A stretch of 56,718 nt of DNA, the filler included, from Sphacelaria rigidula (Eukaryota), in the NCBI GenBank assembly GCA_964200075.2. It is 6 parts of 6 records of this genome, joined end to end, with 100 filler letters (N's around TTAATTAATTAA, not from the genome) between each part and the next. Parts side by side here need not be neighbours in the genome. Positions count along the whole stretch, not along the records: positions 9,471 to 18,840 come from CAXNAA020008658.1; positions 18,941 to 28,310 come from CAXNAA020008659.1; 4 more parts are not named here. One strand, given 5' to 3'. The notes beneath the pieces were generated by a model, which was not told the origin of the DNA, searched no databases, and saw only the letters and a program-made list of their open reading frames with translations. The stretch's first letter is position 1; each line of letters begins with the position of its first letter. A program made the translations under genes and the position numbers. This document shows positions 12,031 to 24,761 of the stretch, piece by piece.

Positions 12031-12315
12031 CATTTGCCCGACAATTCTTACGACAATCCGATATTGTCGGAGCTGAACGAAAGTCTACCGTGCCGCACCT
12101 GCAAGTGCGGTTGTCTGTACGTTGGTTACCAAGATTTAACACGCTCTACGCCACTACTGGAGCTCTATATTTATACATGCACTGGAGTGGACATACCCTG
12201 ACGCGGTTAACCCCGTCGGGTCCATTTTTGAGCTACACATGCCTGGTCTTCGAAGACGTTCACACCGCCGCCCTTCGAACCACTTGATCCAATGACGTCA
12301 TCATCGTGCTTTCAG

Positions 12316-12568
12316 GTGCAGCTGGGCCCCTGGCATGTCCGTCGGCGACGAAAAATGGGGTCCGTTGGTGGCAAGCGGGGCCACCGGTCAAGTCGGCCGC
12401 CCAAACGGAGTTTATACGATGATAGAAACAACACGTGACGACCGGATTGTCGCGTGGGAGCTGCAGCCCGGGTGCGGCTATCGCTTCAAGGCGCGCGCTA
12501 GAACAGTTTTTGGGTGGACTCCAGGCGGACCACCGAGCGAGATTTACACGACGGCCAGACGGTTTTGA
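12316..12568 (+). CDS. Terminal exon of a fibronectin type III domain protein
   Basis: TTTCAG acceptor at 12315. The frame reads CSWAPG...WELQPGCGYRFKARARTVFGWTPGGPPSEIYTT...stop, matching the FN3 pattern LxPxxxYxFxVRAxNxxGWS. Confidence 0.8.
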
Positions 12569-13555
12569 ACACAGACCCGTCAGTAAGAAACGTGAAAGAC
12601 TCAATGCCCTTTCATTTTTCCCACCCGCAGCTGTTTTTGTAGTCAACGCGTTGGTACTTCGCGAGACTTTCTGAGCAGAAAATTTCCTTCTTATTGCCTA
12701 TTGGCGATCAACGCTGATAGCGATAATACTGTGCGTGTTGCAACAAGGTATACAGTAGCCGGGGGCTTTCCGAGGGGCGCATGGTAGCATCACGAAACAG
12801 TTACTGTACGAGTAGCTACAAATGGTTACTTCTGTGAGCGGGCACTACTCATGGACATGTATGTCCTCAAAGCGCTTGGATGGTGCGAATGCTTCGCTGC
12901 TGTTTTTTTGCACATCAACAGCAGGTGCCGTAAACTTTGAACGTGAGGGTAGCGTAATAAGACACGCGTACTTCGTGTTTCGAAGACTCTATGCCGTCAA
13001 GTGTAGGAATAGGTGCGGATCCCTCGAAGCAGAAGTAAATGTGCATCACCACATTTCTTATCTTGCTCCATCATCTTGTTACAGACTTCAAGAGGTGTCT
13101 TTCTTACACCAAAATTTGGTTGTTGAAGAAAAAAGCCGGGCTTGAATTCTTTGCGAGGTCGGGTCTGCGTCAGACTTTTGCTTTATATGCGCGCATGTGA
13201 TTTTGTATGAAACGGAGTCTAGCCAGGTTTAGCGCATAACCTTGTGCGTTTTTGAAAATATATATGCTTTTGGAGATTTCAGCATAGCGAAGGAATAAAG
13301 GCTGAGTTTACGCATAATAACTTGGCGCACACAGTATTCCAACGGGATTATGCAGCCCATGCCCAACAGCTAGTAGCTGCCCACGGGCGAGCGCCGCATC
13401 TGGCGTGGCTCGTCGACTCGTGGCGTTTGCGTTCGTAGTTTCTTTTCTTGAACTTTGTTGTGGGTCTGGTATCGGTGATTGTGCTGTATGTGAACTACTT
13501 TATACTCTAAATTTGTGTGAAACTGATGAAAAAAGAAATGTTTCATAGTTCACAT

Positions 13556-13794
13556 CAGACGTGGGCTTTTGCTTTTTATGCGCCTTTTTTTTTTCATGCT
13601 GGAAGGTTCGTTCCATGCGGGGTGCCTGCCGCGAAGAACCGCCGCAAGGACGCGAAAAAGGCGCATAAGTCGCGCATATTTCACCAAAATACGCATAAAT
13701 CGGCGCATAATTTTCACCTTAAGAGCAAAGGAAAAATGAAATAAGACGCATTAAAAAAGAAAAAAATGCGCATAAAAAGCAAAAGCCTAGTCTG
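13556..13794. mobile_element. MITE with repeated (T)ATGCG/CGCATA motifs
   Basis: TIRs CAGACGTGGGCTTTTGCTTTTTATGCGC ... GCGCATAAAAAGCAAAAGCCTAGTCTG. TSD is poor. Confidence 0.65.
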
Positions 13795-15136
13795 CGTACA
13801 CGCGGTCATCACACCCACCAGTTATACAGAGATGGTGTAACCTGCTGTTGTGTGGCATGCCAAGTAGATACCGTGCAGCGTATTTCATCGTGTTCCATGC
13901 AATGCCGCTGAGCTTTCTCTGCCATTCTTGGGTGTTCCATGTGAGTTTGAATCGTCTTGCGTAGGAACCCCACCGGTATGCACCAACTGGAGGGCGGAGC
14001 GTGCGCGTAGTACTCTGGACACATGATAACACTCTGACGCAAATATACTTGTGGTGTGAAGTAGGTGGCGTGGGCGATGATCGTGACTGCACGAGCGTGC
14101 ACAATGCCCGTTGGACTATGTAATCAATACAACTTTAGCCACTGAGCGAATCACGGGACGCGGCTTTCGGGTTTTCTGTATGCCTTTCGCGCGAGTTTTA
14201 TACTCCCCCCCCCCCCAGTTTCTAGACGCCGTGTCGGAACTCTCTACGGCACTCTACATACAGCACATGAACAACGGACGGGAGGATCCACCTCACAACT
14301 CCGTGTCGGTCGTCATACGGATTCATCTCCGGGCGACTATGGCAATTGCTCTCGAGTTCGTCGGTTGCACGCGTCGTCGATTGCAAACACCAACTAATCA
14401 TATTTTTGCTCCACGAACTAATGAGTTGACAGCACCGACGGTTAGCCTAGTACCCAAAAATGAGCACTACAAGTATCCGTCTTGCAATTTCGCTTCACCC
14501 TCCACGGCAGATTTTCCATTATTCACGGGACGCTAACGATACAGTCGTAATGTACTTTGTGCTGACTAAAAACAACGGTGTTTATACAAAGCTTGACACC
14601 TGCACACCTTGTGCGCGGAACCAACCCACACAACGTATCTTTAGCGAGTAATGCGACCGTAGGGGTGCACTTTTCAGTCCCAAAGGTTGCTGAGGTTGCA
14701 CACTAAGGCCCGCATATTTTTCATTCAGAGGTTCCTTCAACAAAGAGCCTTAGAGAAAAATCTAGCCGCGGTTCGAGTGAAAAAGAACGACAACTTTGTC
14801 AAAGCTACACTTGTTTCTCAAGTCTGAAATTGAACCGCATAGTACAACAGCCCTTGAAATTGTGCCTGTGAACGCGCCGCGCAGCAATACTTCTTCATCC
14901 CTACCCCGCTACCGCTTTTCTGGCGGTAAGACGCTAAATTCCGCCTATCTTGTCCAATCGCGGAGGTTCTGCGCTCATGTTCACCCCAAACAGATCGAGC
15001 GGACGTAAGATCTAATTCGACATTCTAGCCGCACCAAGTCCTTCGCTTGCACCCATGGCGCTTCAGAGCTCAATAACGGAATACAATTCCCTGCAAGAAC
15101 AAAAAATAACTACAGTATTATCTGAATCAAGTCTAC

Positions 15137-15346
15137 TCATTCGTCCTTCGGCCCCTTGGACAAGTCCCAATCACAGCGCCATGGGCCAAAGCCCAGCAGA
15201 GGGTGGTCAACATCCCAGCCGTTTTGCCTGATCAGGTTCACGAACTCCCCGAAGTTTGCCCTGCAGTAGGCGTGTGACTCTGACAAGAGCGCGAGGCACC
15301 GCTCCCGCTCCAGCATGTCACGCACGTCCACTTTCGATGCCGCCGC
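15137..15346 (-). CDS. RUS1/DUF647 (root UVB sensitive-like) protein, terminal exon
   Basis: AAACAG acceptor, phase 0. FGEFVNLIRQNGWDVDHPLLGFGPWRCDW matches the RUS1-family C-terminus (F..FL..L...GW......L....WR..W). Stop at 15137. Confidence 0.8.
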   Translation of the reverse strand, partial: AAASKVDVRDMLERERCLALLSESHAYCRANFGEFVNLIRQNGWDVDHPLLGFGPWRCDWDLSKGPKDE

Positions 15347-16078
15347 CTGTTTCGCAATCCATGTCGGACGCATTACATTCAAGCATTTGAAGTGAAGTGA
15401 ATGATTGACCAGACACATTATTGGGGGGGGGGGGGGAGAGAGAGAAGGGGAACAAAACGAAAAGTCGTTCTACGGTTAGGGAATGAATGTTTTTCGATCT
15501 TTCCGGGCTCGAACTCTTCGAAGGATAGATACATTACAGACACATGTTACATGTCACACATGCAGACACGCAGGATAGGTGAGACGGGTAAGTACTCGAA
15601 ACGAAAGGACACGCGTGATGGAAGACGGCATGGCGAACACATAAATACGGAAGTCATCGCAACTGTCCCCCAATAAAACACGCAGTGAACTGGGTCCTCG
15701 GGTTACAATCTAGACAGGATGCGAGGCGGAGCAAAGCACGAAAGTACACGCAACCTACGCCCCCACAATATAAGCGGGGATGATGATACAACATGCTAGG
15801 AAGAGCAAGGCAGGAAAAGCACACGACTCTGTCTCCGTTCCCGCAGCATTTTTTTTCTACATACAAAACGAATGTGGTTCCATACGCAGTTACGGCATTT
15901 CAGCTCATCATGACACATGTCATCATCACCACGGCTGCGAGATCTCATGGACTCCGTGGACTCAAACAATTGTAACGACAGATTCGTTCCTGTGTATCGT
16001 CACGCAAGCAAAAGCGATGCTCTCTCTATTCCCACCATCCTTTGTATACTGCCCTCTATCGTGTGTGCTCTTGGTCAC

Positions 16079-16190
16079 CTTTTCCCAGAACACCACGCAC
16101 AAAACAAAGGCCTTGAGCATGTCCTCAGCCGTGGCTCTCGCATTAAGCACGACGCTAAGGTGTCCCGATGGGCTCATGGCCGCCATAAAT
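16079..16190 (-). CDS. RUS1/DUF647 protein, penultimate exon
   Basis: CAAAG acceptor and AAG|GTGACC donor. It encodes HLSVVLNARATAEDMLKAF. Phases (2 in, 0 out) fit both neighbouring exons. Confidence 0.8.
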
Positions 16191-16664
16191 CTTTGAGACA
16201 ACAAGGAACAAAGTGCATGTAGGGCACGAGACGGTGTGCGTTCGGAGGGGTTCAGGGCATAGACTAGCTGCTGGTTGTTTTGTGTCGCGCGAAATGTACT
16301 TTATTCTGAGAGACGTATTCCGCGTACCCGTATTATTGAATTCGCACCGACTGTGAGGCGTTGTACGGGTCAAAAACAAAGGTCGATGGCCACCTACAGG
16401 TACAGGAGTTTGATCGGATACAGGGCACGTGAACCGGGGTAGGATCAACAATAAGGTCACCAATGACAAAAAGTAGGGATCGTCATCAGTGAACCTGCGG
16501 TTTCACAAAATTTTCCACGCACGATAAATTCTACACTGCGGCCAAAACCGCATGCGAGTAAAAAGCAGTAATTGAAGTACAATGCTACTGTTTATACCGA
16601 AGCGCATGTGATGGTTCACGGCATGACATCGCGCAAAAGCCGTTGCACGACAACTAGGTCTGAC

Positions 16665-16783
16665 CTCTCCTCTCCATACACCTTCCTGAGCTGTCTGAAA
16701 GAACTGCGGTCTTGCGCTAGGGAGGCCAGCCGTCTCCCCAGGCTGTACTGCCACCACAGCGTCAGGGGAACCCAGACACGCTC
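16665..16783 (-). CDS. RUS1/DUF647 protein, internal exon
   Basis: CTAG acceptor and AG|GTCAGA donor. It encodes ERVWVPLTLWWQYSLGRRLASLAQDRSSFRQLRKVYGEE, and the phase-2 end makes an Arg codon with the next exon. Upstream exons were not found in this contig. Confidence 0.75.
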
Positions 16784-18288
16784 CTAGCACAAGAAGAACG
16801 CGCGGACAAAAACGAAACAGAACACTGGATGAGATGTTCAAACGAAATATTGTATGTGCATATTTATACACGCTACGTAGTACGTATTTCATCTCCTCGA
16901 CCGCGAAGTATCAATTCACGACTTTTTGAATCGGCATAGCTTCCACCAGACCTGCATATTTGTACCACCTGTGCGTTTCACCCGTGCGGTAAATCACCAA
17001 CAGAAATCATTTCTATGTGGGACACTCTGCTATTTCTCCGTTTCCTTTATGACAACGCTGCCCCGTAGATTTGTGGGTCGGAAAAGAAAATAGGGCAACC
17101 AGCGCCGTCGACTCTTTCGAGAGCGCAAAACATTGGCGGGGTATTTGTCCACCGTAAGCAATTTCGCATTGCATAATGACACACAGAGCATCACGCGGGG
17201 AGGAACCCATGGGATCGAGGGAGAATGTTGTCCTGGGGCTCGATATTCCGCTGGAATTCCCCCTTTCCAGGCAACGCAATCCTGGACGCCTTAGTATGAA
17301 TGTTCGTCAAGTTCAGGAATGATATATTTAGTTTGCCAACTTTGTGCTGTGCTGTACCCAGTTTTCTTCGGCGATGACATCCACGCCGCCTCTCTGCGTG
17401 TTGCCCTGTGAAGTTTTGGCACCAAGTCGCGTCAGTATCCAAGCACAAGTGTATTTATTCCTCGAGCAGCCGTGGCCTACCAACAACAGAAACACTTGCC
17501 CGAGGGTAGCCGTTCACGTAGTCGACCGACGTCATTGAGAACCCCCAGATAAAAATAAGCCTATAAAGTGGGTGTCACCTGGTGCCATTGTACGTTATTC
17601 GTCCACACCCCACCGTCCTCAGCTCAGGTCGTGTATCCACTTTAGTTTCGGCGATGATTTTCCTGCTGTTTAGGTTTGTTGTTTAATCCAAGCAGTATCG
17701 TCCATGGGGGAACCTGAAAGTTTTTTTTTCAATTCATTACTTCCTCGCTCGACGTCGGAAATCTACGCCAATGCCACCACTGGCTCTTACAAACTAGAAA
17801 AATCTATTAGATCAATGCACAGGAATATATGTGGTGCCATAGCGATCGCTTGCACGGAGCGACTTCCACTTCGATGTGTAGCTGATGTCAATCATATCAC
17901 CTCACATCCAACCCTACGATGCTGCTCTCTATATGCTGTTGGTCCCGAGCAGGCGCTGTAGTAGCCATGTGCTACACTAGCAACAAAAGTCGGCAGCAGC
18001 ACTGAATACAGGTTCAAGGGCTTTACCGAGCAGAGCACTCATGTAGTGCAGTAGTACCGCATGGTATACTACTAATAGTAGGTCACTGTAAGCATGCAAA
18101 AGAGAGTGCCGCACTCATTTTCTGCCGGGACTCGCCGAGGGGGAAGGCACATGGAGGTTCAGGCACCGCAGCAGGATGGTAAGGGGCAGTGTACTCAAAC
18201 GCTTGCGGTGCACATAGGGGTACGACCGCCATCGTCGTCCGTGTGTTCACGGGTCATCGTTAGGGTAGCACACTGTTCTATCCTTTTC

Positions 18289-18342
18289 TGTACTGGACGA
18301 TTCTATACTGGACGATTCTATACTGGACGACTCTGTACTGGG
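18289..18342. repeat. 15-bp minisatellite (~3.5 copies)
   Basis: TACTGGACGATTCTA units in tandem. Confidence 0.85.
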
Positions 18343-18721
18343 CGGTGTTAGTGCCGTGCGGTGTGCGCGGGCTAGTCGGTAAGGGTAGCGAAACGGAGCT
18401 AAAAAATAGCCGACACTTTGGAACAGAAGGTGAGCCGAAACAACCCTTGGGCTGCTGAGACGTGATGATAAAACAGCCCGACTTCACACACCGTTGGTTG
18501 CGCGTTGGTTGCTGTAGGGGTTGACGCAAGGGTTGACGCCGAGCACGATAACCACGTCGTTCATGTCACACAGGTATCGTAACTGACAGTACGACACTTG
18601 GGGTATGACGTGCTCCTTTTCAAAACCATACTGCCATTGTGAACAGCGAGCTAAACGCAACTCATGTGTCGAGTATCGAATCGATAATGGTAGATACAAA
18701 TAGTTACCAAAACCACCTTCA

Positions 18722-19083
18722 TGGGGGAGGGGGGGGGGGCGTACTCATTTGTTGCTTGCCTTAGTCATTTGACCATTGACCACTCATGGGGGAGGGGGGG
18801 GGCGTACTCATTTGTTGCTTGCCTTAGTCGTTCGACCATTNNNNNNNNNNNNNNNNNNNNNNNNNNNNNNNNNNNNNNNNNNNNTTAATTAATTAANNNN
18901 NNNNNNNNNNNNNNNNNNNNNNNNNNNNNNNNNNNNNNNNTTGCCTTAGTCATTTGACCATTGACCACGCATCCCTTTCGAGACGGAGCACCGTTCCTAC
19001 TCCTAATAGAGGGGGGGGTACTCATTTGTTGCTTGCACTAGTCGTTTGACCATTGACCACGCATCCTTTTCGAGACGGAGCAA
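18722..19083 (-). mobile_element. Stacks of short LINE 3'-end fragments on either side of a spacer
   Basis: Repeated G-run + GTACTCATTTGTTGCTTGCCTTAGTC...GACCATTGACCAC, matching the 3' end of the LINE at 51718. Confidence 0.8.
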
Positions 19084-19095
19084 ACCCGATGGGGG

Positions 19096-19576
19096 GTACT
19101 CATCATGATTCTGCATGCCGTAGTCATATGACCATTGACCTCGCATCCCTACAAAGCCGGTTTTCGCTGAACCAGGCTCGCGATTACCAAGCGCGAAGCG
19201 CCGTAGTTTGTTCTGCCAATCATATCAAGGGTGAGCTACATCCTGCTTAGATTGTTCAGCCCGAAACGTACTGAATGTCTTGCATTTGGATGATAGCTTC
19301 GAATGTGTTGCTTCATTCTCTGGTATCGCCACTTCCAGAGACAGCCACGGCTTACACACTGCCTCATGGGTGTCTCACCGTGTCAACACCACGTACGATC
19401 ATCCCCATTGCGCCAAGCTCGGGTTCTCCCACCCCGCACAATATGCCCTAGCTCGACCACCATCATGGCTACCGCAATAAAAACGCATGCGCGCGAAAAA
19501 AAGTCGGTGACCTGGTTGCCTAGCTTTCGAAGTGAGTTGCGTGTTTTACAGCGTCGTTGCCAACCGACGCCAACCC
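19096..19576 (-). mobile_element. SINE family B (~480 bp), full-length copy
   Basis: It shares the 5' end GGGTTGGCGTCGGTTGGC and the LINE-like 3' end ...GAGTAC+C-run with copies at 22309, 28411 and 55980. Confidence 0.8.
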
Positions 19577-20671
19577 TCAAGGGGGGACGGAGTGGGATCA
19601 GTGTTCATACATTTTTGTATGATACTAAGGGAACGGAAACCATAAAGTAACTTGCTTGTTAACTGAAAGCAGTGTTGTTACCGTTTCCCTGGGTGTAGCA
19701 TGTTCGTGCTGCTGTGCCGCAGGATGTTGGGTATTGTACCCTCGGGCCCAACAGCATGCACATTTTTTTTTATTTCTCCAATACGTTTATTACCGCTCCA
19801 GAACATAGGATACCCTTTTGTTATGCCCGGCGATACTGCCTGTAAAAAAATGTGTCATTTTCGCTTTGTGTTGGAGCGACTTCTCAACATTTAAAGGAAT
19901 CAAGGGAAATAAAACCACGGGATTCATTCCTGGGCGAAAGGGCTAGGGGGCGGGGGAGGAGGTGTACTCATGATTATGGGGAAGGGGGGCAGGGGGGTTA
20001 GGTATGTCGCTACAGTATTTATTTTGTACAAAATAAGCGTGCGAATGAAAACGAATATGTTTCACTCCTTGCAACGAGCAGAAACACACCGAAATCTGAA
20101 ACTCGACTCTTACTCGATTCCGATGGAACTAGCTACCCTTTTGACCACCATCCACCCAAAATTGCAGGACCGCCATCGAGGTCCCCATGTTCCCTGGGGT
20201 TGTGTATCCCGAAAACTAGTCATAATCTATTTTTTCGTTTTGTTTGCGAGGGTTGAAAACGTCTTTCCCTCGATAACTCTACAATCTTCGTGCTCTTGTT
20301 TTGCCCCCCGGTGGTGTGAGTCAGGAAATGGTTTGCAAATGCCATATTGGTACACCCCCCCACCCACCCCGAGTACACCCCCCCCACCCCGCGCTTATGA
20401 CTACGGCATGCAAGATCATGAGTGCACCCCCCCGCGCGCACCCCTCCCTCTCTCCGCGCTCTCTGTTGTGGGGGAGATTACAACTTGTCCCATCTTCGGG
20501 GTCGGGTTTTTACATGATTGTCCGCGTAATATACCCCATATCTTCATATGCGCATACATGGTATGTATTGCATTGGTACAACAATATACCGCAAACATCC
20601 TACGCCTATACATGCATACCTACGTTTCCTTATTATCTTGTGCGCACTCACTGACTTATTTGTTATGTTAG

Positions 20672-20845
20672 ACGTTTCGGAGTGTGCGGTTGGTGGAAGC
20701 TAAGCCGCAAGAGAAGGGGGCCACGGGCAGTAGATCCACGGCACGAACCAACGGCTCGGGCAGCTTGGGGGTTGGCGGGGCGCGAGGTAACTTCGGCGGT
20801 ATCGGAGGGGGAACCGGGGAGAGTGCGGCTGATGGCGAGATTGAG
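20672..20845 (+). CDS. EXOC8: Exocyst subunit Exo84, internal exon (Gly-rich linker)
   Basis: CTGAC branch site, TTAG acceptor and GAG|GTGACG donor. 58 codons, phase 0/0. Assigned by position and phase. Confidence 0.65.
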
Positions 20846-21254
20846 GTGACGTGTTGGATTATGACTCTTGTCTGTACTATGCTGGGGGGTTGGAGTAGTG
20901 GCATGTTTCGTAGCGGAAGCAAGAGTGTCTAGTGTGTACAGGAGTGGGACAACAGGGGAAAGTGGGGGAGATGCGGACTTTGAGGTAACGTGTTGGATTG
21001 TGACTGTTGAGTGCTGGGCTGGGGTATTTTGGAGTGTGGTATGATCTGTTGTTGAGGCAGTGCTTGCTTGTTGCGTAGTAGAGTTTGATCATATTATGTT
21101 GTTTCGTTTTGTTTGTGTGTTTTGTGTTTGTTCCTTTTTGGTGTGTTCCTTCGTTTTTTCGTTGTGTCGTTGTGATGACGTCCCGGTCTCTTTTTTTCAC
21201 CTGATCAATGATCGGAACACACACAAACGCGTGCTCCCTCTCACACTTACCCAG

Positions 21255-21320
21255 AGTGATGCGGCAGGACCGTCCAGGGGGCTAAAGCTGCCGGAGTGGC
21301 TTGATCAAGCCCCCATCGAG
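21255..21320 (+). CDS. EXOC8: Exocyst subunit Exo84, internal exon with GC donor
   Basis: CCCAG acceptor, peptide ...LKLPEWLDQAPIE, and donor GAG|GCAAGT. It joins to LEELLLER, giving the Exo84 W....P.EL...(L/I)AER motif. Confidence 0.8.
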
Positions 21321-21324
21321 GCAA

Positions 21325-21490
<166 letters not shown>

Positions 21491-21643
21491 ACATTATCAT
21501 CGTCGTTGATGCTGTTTTACACAGTTGTCGTTGAACAATGGTTGGCATCGCGTTCGATAGACGCAGTGTAATGTTCAACACACCCCTTCCTCCCTCTACC
21601 CCCCCTGCAACCATTACCCCCACCGCCGGTCGAGGAAATATAG

Positions 21644-21841
21644 TTGGAAGAATTGCTGCTGGAGCGCAAGCACCAGGCCGCTTCAACGCTGATAAAAAGA
21701 GTGCGGGATTTTTCTGGGAACGTTCAGAATGCGAATAACCTGGGCCGGGGTGTGGAGCGTATCTTTCAGAGGGTGGAGACTATGGCGGAAGGAATGGCAG
21801 ATCGTCTCCTGGCGGAGATCGCCGCAGCCAACACGTTGACT
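21644..21841 (+). CDS. EXOC8: Exocyst subunit Exo84, internal exon
   Basis: TAG acceptor and ACT|GTGAGA donor. 66 codons, LEELLLERKHQAASTLIKRVR...MADRLLAEI. Confidence 0.8.
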
Positions 21842-21924
21842 GTGAGAGTCTCACTGTTATTTTTTTGGTCACAATGTGAACCCCTCTTCTTCCTTGGAAC
21901 GAGTCGATGGTTCTAAGCAATCAA

Positions 21925-22177
21925 CCCCTCTCTCCCCGGTGCACGCCTTGCCTTCTGGTCTCACTGTTTGAATCATGACCAATACTCCCGCATCGCGTCA
22001 ACTCGCGTCAAGCAAGCTCAGTCAATCAGTTTTTGTTTACTCACATGCTCATTCATGCTTTCGACGGTGGAAATTCAGATACATTGATTAGAAAGAAACA
22101 ACAACCTATGGGTAATCGAACCCATATTTTCTCCGCCCTTACAGGGACAGTCGGACCATTATACCACCGGGGCGCGG
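21925..22177 (-). mobile_element. tRNA-headed SINE, family A, copy 2
   Basis: Homologous to 290-552, with TGGTATAATGG and GGTTCGATT boxes on the minus strand. Confidence 0.7.
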
Positions 22178-22308
22178 TGGCTCGCATCAATGCAACCTTG
22201 GTTTTTTCATTCTTTGCTTTTTAGTTGGCTTGGGGTGGCTTGAATCCTTTCCGCGACGTTCAATTTTCGTGATCAGTGTGTATTTGGGCGGGGGGGGGAG
22301 GGGGGGGA

Positions 22309-22797
22309 TACTCACGATTGTACATACCGTAGTCATGGGGCCATTCACTTCGGACCCCTAAAACGACGGAGCACGTCGGGTTTTCGCCGGACCGGGCTCG
22401 CAATCACCAAGCGCGAAGCGCCGTGATGTGTTCGGCCAGTCACATGAGGGTGATCTGCATCCTTCAAGAATTATTTGACCGGAAGCGTACTATTTATCTT
22501 GCGTATGAATGGCAGCCTGAAATGGGCTGCTTCATCTTGTGGTCTCACCACTTCCAGAGACAGCCACGAGTTCCACACCGCCTCACGGGTGTCTCGCCCT
22601 TCAAACACGACGTAATACGATCATCCTCTTTGCGCGGAGGTGAGGTTTTCCCACCCCGCACAGGATGATGTAGCTCGACCACCATCACGACTGTACCGCA
22701 GAAAGCCGCAAGCGCGAGAAAAATACAGCAACCTGGTTGCCGAGCTCACGCGGTGTGTCGCGCGTTTCACAGCGTCGTTGCCAACCGACGCCAACCC
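22309..22797 (-). mobile_element. SINE family B, full-length copy
   Basis: Homologous over its full length to 19096-19576 and flanked by G-runs. Confidence 0.8.
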
Positions 22798-22938
22798 TTG
22801 AAGGTGTACGTGGGGCGGGCGGGCGGGAGGGGAGGGGAGGGGGGAGGGGGGAAAAGGCGGTCAGTTGTGGAAAATATTTTCACGTGTCTGAAGCCTTCAA
22901 ATATTGATTATGATCGATAGCTCTTGTTATTTTTCCTC

Positions 22939-22940
<2 letters not shown>

Positions 22941-23004
<64 letters not shown>
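22941..23004. repeat. (GT)n microsatellite
   Basis: Read directly from the sequence. Confidence 0.98.
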
Positions 23005-23006
<2 letters not shown>

Positions 23007-23272
23007 AACTCGATGGGAAAGGCGGTGTTGTTGATATTTTCACCACTAAGAATACCTGCTCGTATAAACAAAAGCGTTATTTCTACAAGCACTTGTACAC
23101 TACCCGACTCGACTGCCGTTGTACGCTCTTCAGTCGCCATAGAACAACATACTTACTCCTTGCAATACCATCTAATAATTATTTTGACCTGTCCTCCTAT
23201 GCAGATGATATCGAAAATGATTACCCCCCCCCCCCCCCCCCCGCCGTTCCCCGCCTACAATCAAACATCCAG

Positions 23273-23458
23273 GTGTGGGGTTTCCGAGAACATAAGAGTA
23301 ATTTTGCCCTGCTTATTTCCTTGGGTCACGGAGAGAAGGCGGCGGTGTCCTTCGTGGGAGAGCGCAGTGCCATGATCAGGAGGTCTCTGAGGCTAGTGGA
23401 GGTCACCGCCGACCCCCTCTCCTACGTCGGCACTCTTTCGGACACATTTTTCCAACAG
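23273..23458 (+). CDS. EXOC8: Exocyst subunit Exo84, C-terminal helical domain exon
   Basis: CCAG acceptor and CAG|GTGTGT donor. ALLISLGHGEKAAVSFVGERSAMIRRSLRLVEVTADPLSYVGTLSDTFFQQ parallels the EXOC8 segment LIRLG...A..LFL..R....R...G....YI..L...FF. Confidence 0.88.
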
Positions 23459-23494
23459 GTGTGTGTGTGGTGTTCGAATTGGTGGGGGGAGTGG

Positions 23495-23734
23495 AGACAT
23501 GCCATCGTGTCTTTAGTCGCTCTCTTTTGCCTTTTGCCTTTTGCCAGTTTTTCCCAGACCACGTCGAAACAGAACAGGGATAAGTTGTGTAAAGGCTTTC
23601 TGTGTAATGTATGGAAGAAGCGTGATGGGCGCCCAAATGTTGGAGGTGTCCATCAAGAGTAGGAACGGTGTTCCGCCTCGAAAGGGGTGCGTGGTCAATG
23701 GTCAAGCGACTAAGGCAAGCAACAAGTGCGTACG
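23495..23734 (+). mobile_element. 5'-truncated LINE 3' fragment in an Exo84 intron
   Basis: It encodes ...RNGVPPRKGCVVNGQATKASNK like the end of the 51718 LINE, and its 3' end abuts CCC. Confidence 0.85.
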
Positions 23735-24026
23735 CCCTCCCAGAAAAATGGTTGGGTTGAGGAGGCAAGATCTGCGTGCGAATCCAAATGTTGGAAAAAA
23801 TCAATCAAATAATCAATGAATATATCAATCAAGATGTGTAGTTTATATTTATGTTTACATGTTACTGTATTGCGTACGTACAGGTGGAGGGTGGTACAAT
23901 TACAACAAACGAGGTTTATTTGATACGCCTTACGGTCTTCTGTGTTGATAATATCATATCCTACTTCTTATCTTATCGTATCGTATAATCGTATCGTCTC
24001 TTATCGTATGGTTATACACGAATATA

Positions 24027-24710
24027 CAGGGCTGTGAACTGCACCAGTTTGTACTGGCAGTTAAAGTGGAACTGATGATGAGGACTCCAGTTTATCCAGT
24101 TTATTTGAAGTTTGCCGTTACCGGCTATGTTTATACCATTTTTAGTACGGTGAGTTTAGAAAAAAGATGCTTACATGATTGGGAACAAAGTGACAGTAGG
24201 ATTGGGGTCTGCACCTGACAACAGTACAGGTCAAGACAGTACAGTACAGTACTCGTGGTCACTACACCTCGAAGTGATATTGCGGATATACACCAGGTTT
24301 GTTGTTTCATACGAGCTGGGCCAGTCAAAAGTAGTATGAATCTCGCTCATGCAACGCACGGCGCGATATTAGGAGTTGGACGCTAAAGTTTTGACAGCAG
24401 CTTTTTATGATCGAATTCCAGAAGATCATGGGACCAGCAAATAAAAAAATAAAAAAAGAAGTTGTGAGCATTTGAAATTTCCGCATTTTTGAAGGAAAAA
24501 CAAGCCAAATAACGCAATTTTTCTCGCCTGCGGCGGCGCTCCCGCGGGGCCCCCTGACCAGCCGGGGGGGGGGGGGGGGGGGGGGTGTGGGGGGGGGGGT
24601 GGAGGGAAAGAAGCGAAGGTTGGGGCGCGGGGGGCGGCTGGTGTAGCATCCGGNNNNNNNNNNCAGCGGACGCGCAAAGAGGCACGGCCCGGGGGGCGGG
24701 GGGGGCGCGG

Positions 24711-24761
<51 letters not shown>

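Noticed and set aside
10959-12076. Thr/Val/Ser-rich ORFs of 139-186 aa as mucin- or antifreeze-like proteins
   Set aside because: They overlap a palindromic short-motif array that is open in several frames on both strands, with no supporting splice structure.
16783-20672. Apparent overlap or nesting of the 5' parts of RUS1 (-) and Exo84 (+)
   Set aside because: The genes are on different contigs, separated by the artificial spacer at 18841-18940.
24540-24760. Poly-Pro/Gly ORFs at G-tracts (also 36186-36330)
   Set aside because: These are low-quality homopolymer regions containing Ns, partly inside a transposon, and there is no evidence they are coding.
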